From Promethearchaeota archaeon (GTDB lineage: Archaea; Asgardarchaeota; Lokiarchaeia; Sigyniarchaeales; SOKP01): 64,000 nt of DNA. The position numbers and the translations under genes were made by a program. The notes under the pieces are model-generated. The model did no database searches. It saw only the letters and a program-made list of their open reading frames with translations, and was not told the origin of the DNA. Where the stretch lies: NCBI GenBank assembly GCA_029838195.1, contig JALGVJ010000012.1, forward strand, positions 32,001 to 96,000, given 5' to 3'. Every line of letters begins with the position of its first letter. Position 1 is the stretch's first letter. This document shows, in pieces, positions 21,261 through 31,321 of this stretch.

Positions 21261-22025
21261 GTGGTAAAAATGATATGTGATGTGCATTGTCACGTGAATT
21301 TATATCTCACCTTAGATCAAATCATTGAGGAAGCTTTAAACGCTGGCGTGAATAAAATTATCGCCGTAGGAATGAGTTATATTGGTTTAAAACGCATTAT
21401 TGAAATCTCGAGCCAACAGGATATCATTTATCCGGCATTAGGAATCCATCCGGAGGAAGTCAAGATGAATAAAAATATCGAAAATCAAATGGAAAGCGCA
21501 TGCGATTATATTAAAAAACATGCCGATAAAATAGTTGCCATTGGAGAAATTGGGATTGACCATTATTTTATTAAAGAAAAAGAACTTTACCCCCTTCAAG
21601 AAAAGATTTTTAAAAAAATGCTTGAATTAGCTCAAGAATTAGCATTACCCGTCAATCTTCACACGAAAGGAGGAGAAAAACAAGTTTTTGATTTACTTCC
21701 CAGTTATTCAATACCGAATGTTAATATTCATTGGTATTCGGGACCAGAAAAATATTTAAAAGAAGGAATGGATAGAGGCTATTACTTTTCCATTACTCCC
21801 GCTATTTCTTATTCTCCCGCCGTGCACAATACCGTTGAAATGGTCGATATTTACCATCTTTTAGTGGAGAGTGATGGTCCTGTGAAATATAAAGGAAAAA
21901 TTGGCACGCCTGCCATGATACGCCAAGTAATTCGATCCATTTCCCTAATTAAAAACGTACCAGAAGGGGAAATTGAGGAGCAAATCTATCAAAACACGAG
22001 ACACATTTTCCCTAAACTCTTTTAA
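21261..22025 (+). CDS. tatD: TatD-family nuclease
   Basis: DVHCH, GIHP, GEIGID, LH, HW and ESDGP motifs. Confidence 0.92.
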   Translation: MVKMICDVHCHVNLYLTLDQIIEEALNAGVNKIIAVGMSYIGLKRIIEISSQQDIIYPALGIHPEEVKMNKNIENQMESACDYIKKHADKIVAIGEIGIDHYFIKEKELYPLQEKIFKKMLELAQELALPVNLHTKGGEKQVFDLLPSYSIPNVNIHWYSGPEKYLKEGMDRGYYFSITPAISYSPAVHNTVEMVDIYHLLVESDGPVKYKGKIGTPAMIRQVIRSISLIKNVPEGEIEEQIYQNTRHIFPKLF

Positions 22026-22087
22026 AGTTCTAATCTCTTTTTCTTATTTTAAACCTTGAATATTTTATCTTTTTCATTTACTCGCTA

Positions 22088-23080
22088 TTATTCAGTTTGC
22101 GATAAATCTTCTCGCATTCTCATTCTTTCTAATAGATCTTCTACTTCGGGAATGGTATTTCCATAAATATGAAGGGAATTACTAAAATCGACGTAATGAC
22201 CAATTTCCACATTTAATTGTTCTGCGACGTATTTCTGAATTCTAATCATTCCATTCACGTTGGCTTCCCAAGCTCGAAACAAATCCCTGCTTCTCCACGT
22301 GGTTTGCATTAAAAGATGGTCATTTTTAATGCGCATGTAAATTCTCTGGAGACAAGGCGGGTCAAAATGATAAGGATCTACTAAGGGACGCCATGTTATG
22401 GCTTGAGCCCTTCTACTATAGGGTTTTTCTCTTAATTTCTCTATGATATACTTTATTTGATTGACCCTTGGAAAATTAAAAATTCCCATGGGAAGCTTTT
22501 CAAATCCCATTTGGTCTTTGATTTCCTTATCCAAGTGTATTTCCATTCCTTCCTCTAATTTCCAAACGTAGGTGTCTTTTATTTTTTCTATTTTTTTTGC
22601 CCTGTTTAATTTTTCATGATGGATAACTGAGTCGTTGTTCACGATCTCCATGTTATAATGCTTATGAATCGTATCTTCCAGAGAATAAGGCGCATAATTA
22701 AAAATCCGATCGTGGTAAGAATAAGGAAAACTCGTCCCGGATTCTTGAATGTACTTATCATTCACGCCTTCCATGATTTCTTCGATATAACCACTCTGAA
22801 TGGAACCAATTAAATAAGTATCTCCTAAATTACCGTACACCTCGTGATAATTTCCAAACTTGGATTTTATTTTCAAGATTTTATTTTTTCTCGTTATGGG
22901 TTCGCTGAAGGGTTCTTTAACTTCAATTAAAACCGTAGCATCCCGAGAGAGAGGATCGCCGGGTTTATCATATTCTGTCTTGATCTCATCACCCTTGTAC
23001 AGAACCTCTTGTAAGGCTTTCAGCCACGCTCTTTTCACGCTTTTTTCGGAAATAAAAAATATTTTTGCCATGGAAAACAA
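22088..23080 (-). CDS. thyA: Archaeal-type thymidylate synthase with insertions
   Basis: YSYHDR, NQI, SRRA, PPCL, RSRD, EAN and SLHIY motifs. Confidence 0.85.
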   Translation of the reverse strand: MFSMAKIFFISEKSVKRAWLKALQEVLYKGDEIKTEYDKPGDPLSRDATVLIEVKEPFSEPITRKNKILKIKSKFGNYHEVYGNLGDTYLIGSIQSGYIEEIMEGVNDKYIQESGTSFPYSYHDRIFNYAPYSLEDTIHKHYNMEIVNNDSVIHHEKLNRAKKIEKIKDTYVWKLEEGMEIHLDKEIKDQMGFEKLPMGIFNFPRVNQIKYIIEKLREKPYSRRAQAITWRPLVDPYHFDPPCLQRIYMRIKNDHLLMQTTWRSRDLFRAWEANVNGMIRIQKYVAEQLNVEIGHYVDFSNSLHIYGNTIPEVEDLLERMRMREDLSQTE

Positions 23081-23258
23081 GTAGAAATTTTTGGAATAAT
23101 AAATATCAACATTATTTTAAGATTTTTATTATAAACTTAATAGTTATTATAAGATAGTTGATAGTTAAACAAATGTATTTAAATGAAAAAATATTTAGAA
23201 ATAAATTTATTTAATGTTTATGGAAATTTAACTAATAAAATTAGGTGATGAGAGTAAA

Positions 23259-23549
23259 ATGAAATTAAATCTTGAGTTTTCGCCCCCTTTCAACGAGATT
23301 ACCGGAAAAGTATTTCAAACCATGGAATTTGAAAAACCCCTCACGCTCCGAGAATTATTACAACGCCTTAAGGAAAAGTTCGGGCAAAAATTCTATGATT
23401 TAATCTGGGAAAATGGGAATGAAAATCAATTTAATAAATTACTCTCCATCATTATCAATGGACATTCTTACAGACATGAAAAATTTTTAGATACGGTCTT
23501 AAAAGACGGCGATGATATAGTATTTATCTACATCTATTTTGGAGGGTAA
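23259..23549 (+). CDS. MoaD/ThiS/SAMP ubiquitin-like protein
   Basis: IIING, LKDGD and a C-terminal GG. SD-like AGGTGA upstream. Confidence 0.88.
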   Translation: MKLNLEFSPPFNEITGKVFQTMEFEKPLTLRELLQRLKEKFGQKFYDLIWENGNENQFNKLLSIIINGHSYRHEKFLDTVLKDGDDIVFIYIYFGG

Positions 23550-23559
23550 GAGTAAACAG

Positions 23560-23970
23560 TTAAAATTCTTCCCAAAATTTTTTAATGGGCTCTTGAAGGG
23601 CGTCCTCTATTACTTTTTCAAATTCCTCAAATTTACTCAACTCGTAATCAAAATTTTCATTTTGTACCTCAGGGTAAAGCTTTAAGAATTTCTCAGCAAT
23701 CGCTTCCAATTCGGCATTTACTTTTTTTTCTTTTACCTTTTTTGAATAATTGCAAATGAAGAGTAGATCTTTTTTCTTTATTAACGTAAATTTTTTATCA
23801 CTTAATTCAAAATTACTTAATCCTCCTTCCGATAATTGCTCAGCAAATGAATTTAAGGCGCTCATCAATGCCCCAAAAAGCTGATCTTCAATTTTCTTAT
23901 TAAATACTCTGCTAAATAATACAATACCATTCTTTTTTTGAATCCAAATATCTTGTATGAGCTTGACCAT
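23560..23970 (-). CDS. Longin/roadblock-like protein (Asgard eukaryotic signature type)
   Basis: IWIQKKNGIVLFSR, DQLFGALMSALNSFAEQL and IAEKFLKLY give the longin-fold pattern. Confidence 0.8.
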   Translation of the reverse strand: MVKLIQDIWIQKKNGIVLFSRVFNKKIEDQLFGALMSALNSFAEQLSEGGLSNFELSDKKFTLIKKKDLLFICNYSKKVKEKKVNAELEAIAEKFLKLYPEVQNENFDYELSKFEEFEKVIEDALQEPIKKFWEEF

Positions 23971-24081
23971 GAAATTCCCCTATTATTTCAAATAGGAAGA
24001 TGGTTTTTAAATTTAATCTAAATACTCGAATAAAAAATTTATCATAAAAAAATAAAGAGATAAATCTTGCTTGACATTATA

Positions 24082-24834
24082 TCAATTAGCCGACTCCGAT
24101 TTGATTAGGATTTTTTTCATCCATTTGGGTAGCATGAAAGCGTTATAGAATTCAAAGGCGCTTAATATGAGAATGACTCTGAAAATAATGAGCGTAACTG
24201 CATTAGAAGGAAATGTTGCATCTAAGATCGCTCCCACGCAAAAAGTGGGAAACGCAGCAAGTAAAAGCTTTCCCTTAATTTTTGTTTCTGGATTGTCGAT
24301 TTTTATGGATTCCCAGGCAAATTTAAGTCCCGTTAATAAGAAAGAAAAGATAAAAAAGAGCAGGTAAACAATTAATATCGAGGGATTGGCAGTAGTATCC
24401 ACCGGTGAGATTTTGTGCCCTATATACCCGGGATCATTGATTAAGAAATAAAGAAATATAATATAAAAAATAAAAGTAATGAGCAGATAAATCCCAATAA
24501 TCAATTTTTGCCGTTCTTTATAAAGGAAATTCGTAAAAGCCATGAGCCATGAGATTAAGCCAATTGGCAAGGGAATAAAATTCCATGCTAATATTGCCGC
24601 AAAACTTAACCCTTCTCCACCCGTGATCAGAGCTACGAAAAAAGAAATCGTAGTGCCATACCATCCTGACACAAAAAAACACCACGCAATGCCCACATAC
24701 AAGAAATTAATATCCTTGTTCTTAAAATATTTAAACGTGATGATAAGACCTAAAATAATGGAGGTTCCAACTAATAACGTGCCTAAAATGCCGTTTAACA
24801 AATCTAAACGGGTTAGACTCATGGTAAAATTCAA
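24082..24834 (-). CDS. Seven-TM membrane protein of unknown function
   Basis: About 7 hydrophobic helices and a C-terminal LPKW tail. Confidence 0.75.
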   Translation of the reverse strand: MNFTMSLTRLDLLNGILGTLLVGTSIILGLIITFKYFKNKDINFLYVGIAWCFFVSGWYGTTISFFVALITGGEGLSFAAILAWNFIPLPIGLISWLMAFTNFLYKERQKLIIGIYLLITFIFYIIFLYFLINDPGYIGHKISPVDTTANPSILIVYLLFFIFSFLLTGLKFAWESIKIDNPETKIKGKLLLAAFPTFCVGAILDATFPSNAVTLIIFRVILILSAFEFYNAFMLPKWMKKILIKSESAN

Positions 24835-25291
24835 GGGTTCAATTTTTAATTTGTTAATTGCATATTGTTTTTCTTTAGTTAAAATAATTAATTCAATTCG
24901 TAATAAAGGTTTAGATCTTGATGAATGCGTTCGCTAAGAAAATTTTAGGTTTATCTAGTTTTTAAACTACTGATTACTGATTTCAACATTTAACAATCTT
25001 TTAAACGGTAGCAAAATGATCATTATCTCATGAATCAGTTCCCAAACAAATCACCTGGTAAAAGAGTCGTGATCAAATCAAAATTTTTTCTAGGGGACAT
25101 CTAAAAGGTAACATTTAAAAAGAATAAAAATAATATATTTTTGCCCTCTTATAGGCTATTCGCATGGAAATGGTGTGAGAATCCCTCTCATCATTCTTAT
25201 TCTAATTTGAATGGATGATTTTAAGTTAGATGAAAATTCCATTTAGAATGCATTTGAAATCAGGAATCAATTTTAGTGAAGAAGATCAAAA

Positions 25292-26245
25292 ATGGCCGAA
25301 GTTTTAATGTATAGTTTGTTGTTAGTAGGAGGAATCGTTTTAATCATGTATTCCAGTAGAGTAGCTGTAATTCATTCTGCTAGATTAGCTTCTCAATTAG
25401 GAGTCTCAAGTTTAATCATAGGGATAACTCTTGTATCTATTGGAACTGATTTCCCCGAAATATTTAATTCCATCATTTCCAGTTATTTAGGCCATAGTGA
25501 CATTAACGTGGGTGATTCTGTAGGTTCAGTTTTAACGCAATTAACTTTAGTGTTTGGCTTATTACCTTTCCTCTGCGGAACGATTTATATAAAACGAAAA
25601 GAATTCATTATTATTGGTTCATGTTTAGTCTTATCATTATTTTTGATTTTTACCGTGGTGGAAAAGGGCTATTTCACTCGTTTAGATGCCTTATTCATGC
25701 TGTTAAGTTTTATATTTTATACACTTATTACTTATAACGTTACGCATTCTGACATGTTAGAAAAAGTAGATCTGATGGTTTTAGACAAATATAAACCAAA
25801 AAAGATACACCTCATGTTAGCGATTTTAGGTTTTCTGGGAGTTGCTATTAGTTCCTTTATTATCATCCAATCGATAATTATTTTATCATCTTTCTTACAA
25901 ATTCCCGAATATATTTTAAGTTATACCATTTTAGCTATTGGGACATCTTCCCCTGAGTTATTCATAGAAGTCACGGCAATTAAAAAAAAAGAATATAACA
26001 TTGCAATTGGAGATGCCTTAGGAAGTTGTATCGTTGATGCTTCTATATCCATTGCGATAGGAAATTTCTTATTTCCTCAGAATGTTTCCGCAGAATTGGC
26101 CATGCCCACTATCCTCTATACAATAATTTCTTGCACAATGGTAATAGTGTTGGTCTCGGTCAGGCAAAAGTTAGACAAGAAAGCGGGAGCCATATTAATC
26201 TCATTGTATGCGATTTCCTTCATCTTATTTATCTTTATTCTATAA
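25292..26245 (+). CDS. Na+(K+)/Ca2+ exchanger, CaCA family
   Basis: Alpha repeats SIGTDFPE/GDSVGS and AIGTSSPE/GDALGS. Confidence 0.88.
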   Translation: MAEVLMYSLLLVGGIVLIMYSSRVAVIHSARLASQLGVSSLIIGITLVSIGTDFPEIFNSIISSYLGHSDINVGDSVGSVLTQLTLVFGLLPFLCGTIYIKRKEFIIIGSCLVLSLFLIFTVVEKGYFTRLDALFMLLSFIFYTLITYNVTHSDMLEKVDLMVLDKYKPKKIHLMLAILGFLGVAISSFIIIQSIIILSSFLQIPEYILSYTILAIGTSSPELFIEVTAIKKKEYNIAIGDALGSCIVDASISIAIGNFLFPQNVSAELAMPTILYTIISCTMVIVLVSVRQKLDKKAGAILISLYAISFILFIFIL

Positions 26246-26365
26246 CACCTAATTTAAATCATGAATATTTCATACACCCCATTCAATTTCATGAGGAGGG
26301 AAGGAAATATTTTAAATTAGAAAAAATTACATTAATCCTATCCGAAAAGTTATCGTTGAATTCTT

Positions 26366-26965
26366 ATGAAAAAAATCATTTTAGCATCAAAATCAATCGA
26401 TAGAAGCGAACTTCTAAAGCAAGCGGGAATCTCCTTTGAAATATTGGTTACTAATGTCAATGAAGAAGAATTTAAACGTAAGATCCCGGATCCCGTAAGT
26501 CTCGTGGAAGAATTGGCAAAACAAAAGGCTTTGGCCGCTAAAAATAAACTAATTTCAAGAAAAAACGAGTATATTATTATTGGATTCGATACCGTTGTTG
26601 AGCATCAGAGAGACATCATTGGAAAGGCTAAGAATGAAAAAGAAGCATTTAATATTCTAAAAAAATTACAAGGCACCACCCATTCATTAATTACCGGCAT
26701 TGCAATTAGCGAAGTTCCCTCTCCTAAAATTATCGTCGATCACGATATTACTCGAGTCAAGTTTTTACCGCTCTCAAATGAAGATATTTGGGCTTATATA
26801 AAATCAGGCGAATGGAGAGGGAGAGCTGGCGCATATTCAATTAGACAAAAAGCAGGCTTGTTCATCGATTATATTGAAGGTTCTTCGTCAAATGTAATGG
26901 GATTGCCTCTTAATAAATTATTTTTAATTTTAAAAAGAGAATTTAATCTAAATTTACTTCTTTAA
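26366..26965 (+). CDS. maf: Maf nucleoside triphosphate pyrophosphatase
   Basis: ILASKS..R, DTVV, GK, RAGAY and NVMGLP motifs. Confidence 0.92.
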   Translation: MKKIILASKSIDRSELLKQAGISFEILVTNVNEEEFKRKIPDPVSLVEELAKQKALAAKNKLISRKNEYIIIGFDTVVEHQRDIIGKAKNEKEAFNILKKLQGTTHSLITGIAISEVPSPKIIVDHDITRVKFLPLSNEDIWAYIKSGEWRGRAGAYSIRQKAGLFIDYIEGSSSNVMGLPLNKLFLILKREFNLNLLL

Positions 26966-27008
26966 ATTTAATAAAAGGAATAATTTTAGGATTTATGGAA
27001 CAGTATCC

Positions 27009-27572
27009 ATGTTAAAAATATGCGTGGGGTCTTTAAATCCCTTGAAATATGAGGCAGTAAAAGATGGTTTTGCGAAATACTTCTCATCTTTTACCGTGAG
27101 TAAGATTAAAGCAGATCCGAAAGTTCGAGCCCAACCAATAGGAATTGAATTAATTTTGAAAGGAGCAATCAATCGAGCTAAAGAGGCTTTAAAATATTTA
27201 ATGCAAGAAACAAAACAAACACGCGACATTTTTGGCGTGGGAATTGAAGCGGGCTTAGTTAAAATACCCCCTGCGATTACGGGCTACATGGATTTTCAAT
27301 TCTGCGTTATCATGGATGAACATGAGAAAATAACTATTGGAAGCGGAATCGGCTTTGAATATCCTCCACGGGTAATTAAAAAAGTATTATCGGACAAAAC
27401 CACCGAAATAGGGGAAATCATGGGAAATTTATTCGGAAATAAAAACTTGAAATATAAACAAGGTGCCATCGGAGTTCTTAGCATGCATGTTCTAAATAGA
27501 AAAACAATTTTAACTCAAGCTGTCATTTGTGCTTTATTACCCCGCATTAATAAGACATTATATAGTGAATAG
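27009..27572 (+). CDS. yjjX: Inosine/xanthosine triphosphatase (YjjX/DUF84)
   Basis: GSLNPLK, QP, GAINRA, GIEAG and GAIG motifs. Confidence 0.88.
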   Translation: MLKICVGSLNPLKYEAVKDGFAKYFSSFTVSKIKADPKVRAQPIGIELILKGAINRAKEALKYLMQETKQTRDIFGVGIEAGLVKIPPAITGYMDFQFCVIMDEHEKITIGSGIGFEYPPRVIKKVLSDKTTEIGEIMGNLFGNKNLKYKQGAIGVLSMHVLNRKTILTQAVICALLPRINKTLYSE

Positions 27573-27705
27573 TGAAAACTCTCCCCTAATGATTAGAACT
27601 AAAGGCTCCTTTGAACTATTATTAAAAATTAGATCATCATTTAAATATTAACATTAGTTATAATCTATATTATTTATTGATTAAAAAAATGAAAAGAGGG
27701 TACAA

Positions 27706-28020
27706 ATGCCTAAATATAAGCGATATTCCATCATGAAAATACTCGCTGTAGTAGGGGGAGTTTTAGCTCTAGTGGAATCTTTCTTGAGTTTTGTGGGGCG
27801 CTCCTTTACAATTTTCATCTCTTTAGGAGGCTCCATTATCGGCCCAATTATTGGAATTATTCTTGGAATAGTCGTTATTTTAGCGTGCGTGAGACCGGAA
27901 GATCCCATACCTTTTAATGCCGTACTATTTCTCATTTTGGGAATTTTAATTATTTTATTCTCGAGCTTAATTGGAGGAATTTTGGTCTTGATTGCCGGAG
28001 TTCTCGGGCTAATTAAATGA
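27706..28020 (+). CDS. Small Gly-rich membrane protein, paralog 1
   Basis: Hydrophobic. Shares PxxPxPFN and GGxxVLIA with the next ORF. Confidence 0.8.
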   Translation: MPKYKRYSIMKILAVVGGVLALVESFLSFVGRSFTIFISLGGSIIGPIIGIILGIVVILACVRPEDPIPFNAVLFLILGILIILFSSLIGGILVLIAGVLGLIK

Positions 28021-28195
28021 TCTTAATAGTTCTATTTTCCATGAATTAAATAACAAACATTTTTTTTACATGTTTTTATATAACTATTAATTTTTTTTTT
28101 ATCATCTCATCGCATTATTAAAAATAAACTAAAAAATTATTTGAGATCCAATGGTTATTTTTAATTAACATTTTGAACGAATTAAGGGTGATTAA

Positions 28196-28534
28196 ATGAA
28201 AAAGCACTATAAGAATGAAAAATTAATGAAGTTTCTAACCATCATCGGCGCAATTCTAGGCTTAGTGGGTGTAATATCCATGTTCGCTTCCTTAGCGGGA
28301 TTAGGTTTTTTTCCTACTCCTGTACCTGTTGTTGTTAGCATTATCGTATCGGCGATAGTTGGTTTGATAATCGTCATCTTGACGTTTTTGTGTGCATTAA
28401 AACCAGATCAACCCCTTCCCTTTAACTGGATCGTGTTGTTGGTTCTTGCCATCTTGCTTATCATTTTTGCTAATCTTTGGGGCGGGCTGATTGTTTTAAT
28501 TGCGGCTATAATCGGGCTAATAGAAGATTTATAA
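28196..28534 (+). CDS. Small Gly-rich membrane protein, paralog 2
   Basis: Tandem paralog of 27706..28020, with SD-like GGGTGA upstream. Confidence 0.8.
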   Translation: MKKHYKNEKLMKFLTIIGAILGLVGVISMFASLAGLGFFPTPVPVVVSIIVSAIVGLIIVILTFLCALKPDQPLPFNWIVLLVLAILLIIFANLWGGLIVLIAAIIGLIEDL

Positions 28535-28832
28535 TCTAAAATCGAGTAAAGATAAAAAAACTCATTCTTTTTTTTTAATTTTATTTTTCATTTCTCCCTA
28601 TAATTTTTCCTTTTCTCTTATCATGATCCCTTTTATTTTCATTTAGTGATGCAATTTTTTTGAAATTCTCATGCGAGATTTTTATTTTTAATGTTTTTTT
28701 TTAAATTTTTAATTTGAAGTAAAAATTTGGGTGATTTATAATAATTTTAGAGTTGACTTTAAGTGCAGATCTAAAAGTATTTACTTGTTAGATTTCCATT
28801 TTAAAAAATCACTTTAGAGGAGGTGACCCTAA

Positions 28833-28848
28833 CCGAAAGATTTATATA
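28833..28848 (+). promoter_or_regulatory. BRE + TATA box of hsp20
   Basis: CCGAAAGA-TTTATATA matches the archaeal BRE/TATA consensus, about 90 bp upstream of the start. Confidence 0.65.
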
Positions 28849-28938
28849 TGTAAAGTGATTTGTATAAATTAGGGTTTGTCAATCTATTATTGTCATCCAT
28901 CCATTAACTTAAAATCAATAAGTTAGGAGGTGGATCAT

Positions 28939-29493
28939 ATGTCTGATTCCAAAAAAGTAGATGTTAAGAAAACAGAAAGTAAGGAAGATAAAAAATCGCG
29001 TGAAATCACGCTCAGACGAGAAAGCCCATTTTCCTTGTTTCAAGAAATGGATCGCTTCTTCGATGATGTGAGGAGAAGTTTTTTTGAGGATTGGTGGTGG
29101 CCATTTAGTGGACGAGCTTTTCGACCTTTAAGCCTAGAAATTAGCGAAGATGAACCCATTTTCAGAACTCCCTTGGCAAACATCAGCGAGACAAAAGATT
29201 ACTTCATAATAAGTGCTGAAATGCCAGGCATGGATAAAGGAGATTTAGAAGTTACCATTCACGATGGCATGTTAGAAATCAAGGGCGAGCACAAGGAAGA
29301 GAAAAAGGAAGAAGAGAAAGGAGAACTCATCAGACGCGAATATCGCTCTGCCAGCTATTACCGAGCGTTCAACTTGCCCGAATACATTGATGAGGACAAG
29401 ATTGATGCTTCCTTGGATAAGGGCGTGCTTACCATTAAAGTGCCAAAAATAGAGCCTCCAGAACCCGAGAAAAAGAAAATCGAAGTAAAATGA
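28939..29493 (+). CDS. hsp20: Hsp20/alpha-crystallin small heat shock protein
   Basis: AEMPG, LEIKGE and DASLDKGVLTIKVPK motifs. SD AGGAGGTG at 28925-28932 favours the ATG at 28939. Confidence 0.93.
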   Translation: MSDSKKVDVKKTESKEDKKSREITLRRESPFSLFQEMDRFFDDVRRSFFEDWWWPFSGRAFRPLSLEISEDEPIFRTPLANISETKDYFIISAEMPGMDKGDLEVTIHDGMLEIKGEHKEEKKEEEKGELIRREYRSASYYRAFNLPEYIDEDKIDASLDKGVLTIKVPKIEPPEPEKKKIEVK

Positions 29494-29521
29494 ATTTGCG
29501 ACCAATTTACTAATGAATTTC

Positions 29522-29532
29522 TTTTTTTTTTT
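29522..29532 (+). terminator. Oligo-T terminator after hsp20
   Basis: T11 tract about 30 bp after the stop codon. Confidence 0.55.
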
Positions 29533-29822
29533 AATTTATTTTGATTTCACATGTTATCTCTTGCTTTTTGCTCCTTATTTTTAGCCTCATAATTCTCATA
29601 ACGCCTCAATCTTTTTTTTATACAAAAATTTTATATAAAAGAGAGAAAGAGAGAAATTTCACTTGAAATGAAAGGATAAGAAGGTTTTTTTGATAATTTC
29701 ATTAGGAATTAGATTTCTATATCTTAATTCCTTAAATTATTTCCCTAAATCGTGGTAAACTTTAACTTTCATGCCGTGCTTTAAGATTTAGTAGCACGCT
29801 TAAAACATGTAATAAAATTTCC

Positions 29823-31064
29823 ATGGAAAAATCAGTGATGATCTCGAAATGGCCCTTTTGGCCCGTGCTTTTATTAGCCATTATCTATCCTATAAATGGT
29901 GCGCTAATAAATCTCGCCATCCCTCTTTATTTCTTTAACCAAGGCGTAGATGTGAGAATTATCGGTTTATTAAGTTCAGGCATGGCAATAACGTATTGCT
30001 TTTCCCCCATGGCCGTTAATAAATTTTCAAATAAAATAGGTCGCAAGTATAGCATCATATTAGCGTGTGCCGGAGGATTTCTTGCCCAATTGACCTATTA
30101 CTTCACGCTGCATCCTTTCGTTTTTTTTTTCTCTCGGGTTTTTGAAGGATTCATCATGGGCTTTTATTGGTCAAGCTTGCAATCGAGCATATCGGACTCA
30201 GGGCTTGAAAAAATTGACACGCTCATATCCCGCTATAATTTCTCTTGGAACTTTGGCATTCTCTCCGGATTCCTGATTGGGTTCATCCTATTATTTTCAT
30301 TAAATGAACTCCTTTTTATTTTTTATATTAGCCCCCTCTTCCTTCTTCTAATGATTCTCATCAGTACTTGCTTTTTTAAAGAACCCCCTAAATTTAATTC
30401 TGTCAATTCCCTTTCGCTTGCGTCTCATTCTCCCGCCATTCCATCATCTTTTCAAACTTTAAACTCGAAGAATGAGGAAAATCACCTTTCTCTAAATACG
30501 GAGCAATTTCATGTCCCTATTGCCATTCCCATCTATTTCATCGTTTTTTTTGCCTTGAGCGCTACAGGAATTAATTTCCTATACCCTTTAAAATCGGAAA
30601 TCTTAGGTTTCCCCGCTTATACAACTTATCTATTGGCTTTTTTGGCACTAATCATGCAAACCACGGTTGCTTTCTTATCCACCAAGGTATCCCTCTCAAT
30701 ACTGATGAAATGGTCGTTGCCTTCCATTTTGATCATGTTAATCGTAGAAATCTTGTTTGGCATTACCAGCTCATTTCTAATTTTTATCTTCCTTTTTCTG
30801 TTCATCGGCTCCCTCAACGGCTTTTTCTACAGCATTGCTCTAAAGATATTCATTTTCTTAAACATCTTGAAAAATACCTCCAAGTATTCCGGTATCGCTG
30901 AAAGTGCAAATGGAATCTCATTCTTCTTTTCAACCAACTTTTTAAGCTTGATAGCAGCGATTTCCTTGAATTATAGCTTTTTTTTCTTATCAATGATCCT
31001 TGGAATCTTCTTGATCATCCATTTAATCCTCATGAAAAAAATAATCATTCCAAAAACATTTTAA
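29823..31064 (+). CDS. MFS transporter
   Basis: About 12 TMs, motif A-like NKFSNKIGRK, and RVFEG. Confidence 0.88.
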   Translation: MEKSVMISKWPFWPVLLLAIIYPINGALINLAIPLYFFNQGVDVRIIGLLSSGMAITYCFSPMAVNKFSNKIGRKYSIILACAGGFLAQLTYYFTLHPFVFFFSRVFEGFIMGFYWSSLQSSISDSGLEKIDTLISRYNFSWNFGILSGFLIGFILLFSLNELLFIFYISPLFLLLMILISTCFFKEPPKFNSVNSLSLASHSPAIPSSFQTLNSKNEENHLSLNTEQFHVPIAIPIYFIVFFALSATGINFLYPLKSEILGFPAYTTYLLAFLALIMQTTVAFLSTKVSLSILMKWSLPSILIMLIVEILFGITSSFLIFIFLFLFIGSLNGFFYSIALKIFIFLNILKNTSKYSGIAESANGISFFFSTNFLSLIAAISLNYSFFFLSMILGIFLIIHLILMKKIIIPKTF

Positions 31065-31066
31065 AT
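30962..31066 (+). repeat. 105-bp direct repeat, copy 1 (3' end of MFS gene)
   Basis: Matches 33430..33534 with 4 substitutions and no indels. Confidence 0.93.
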
Positions 31067-31321
31067 ATTATTCGCTCAAATTAAAAAAAAACAAAAACGC
31101 AGCAATCTCATCGAAATTTCATTTCCTTGAAACATATATCAGAAAAAACTCAAATTTAAAAAATAATCTAAATAATACTCTTGAAATATATTTAAAAAAA
31201 TCTTTTAGTGATTTCCGAAAAATTTCTCTCTTATCAAAGTAATAAAATTACTCCAAACATAATTATTTAAAATAGTGAAAATAAAATTACACTTTTATTA
31301 TTTAAATCGAAAAAAATTTTA

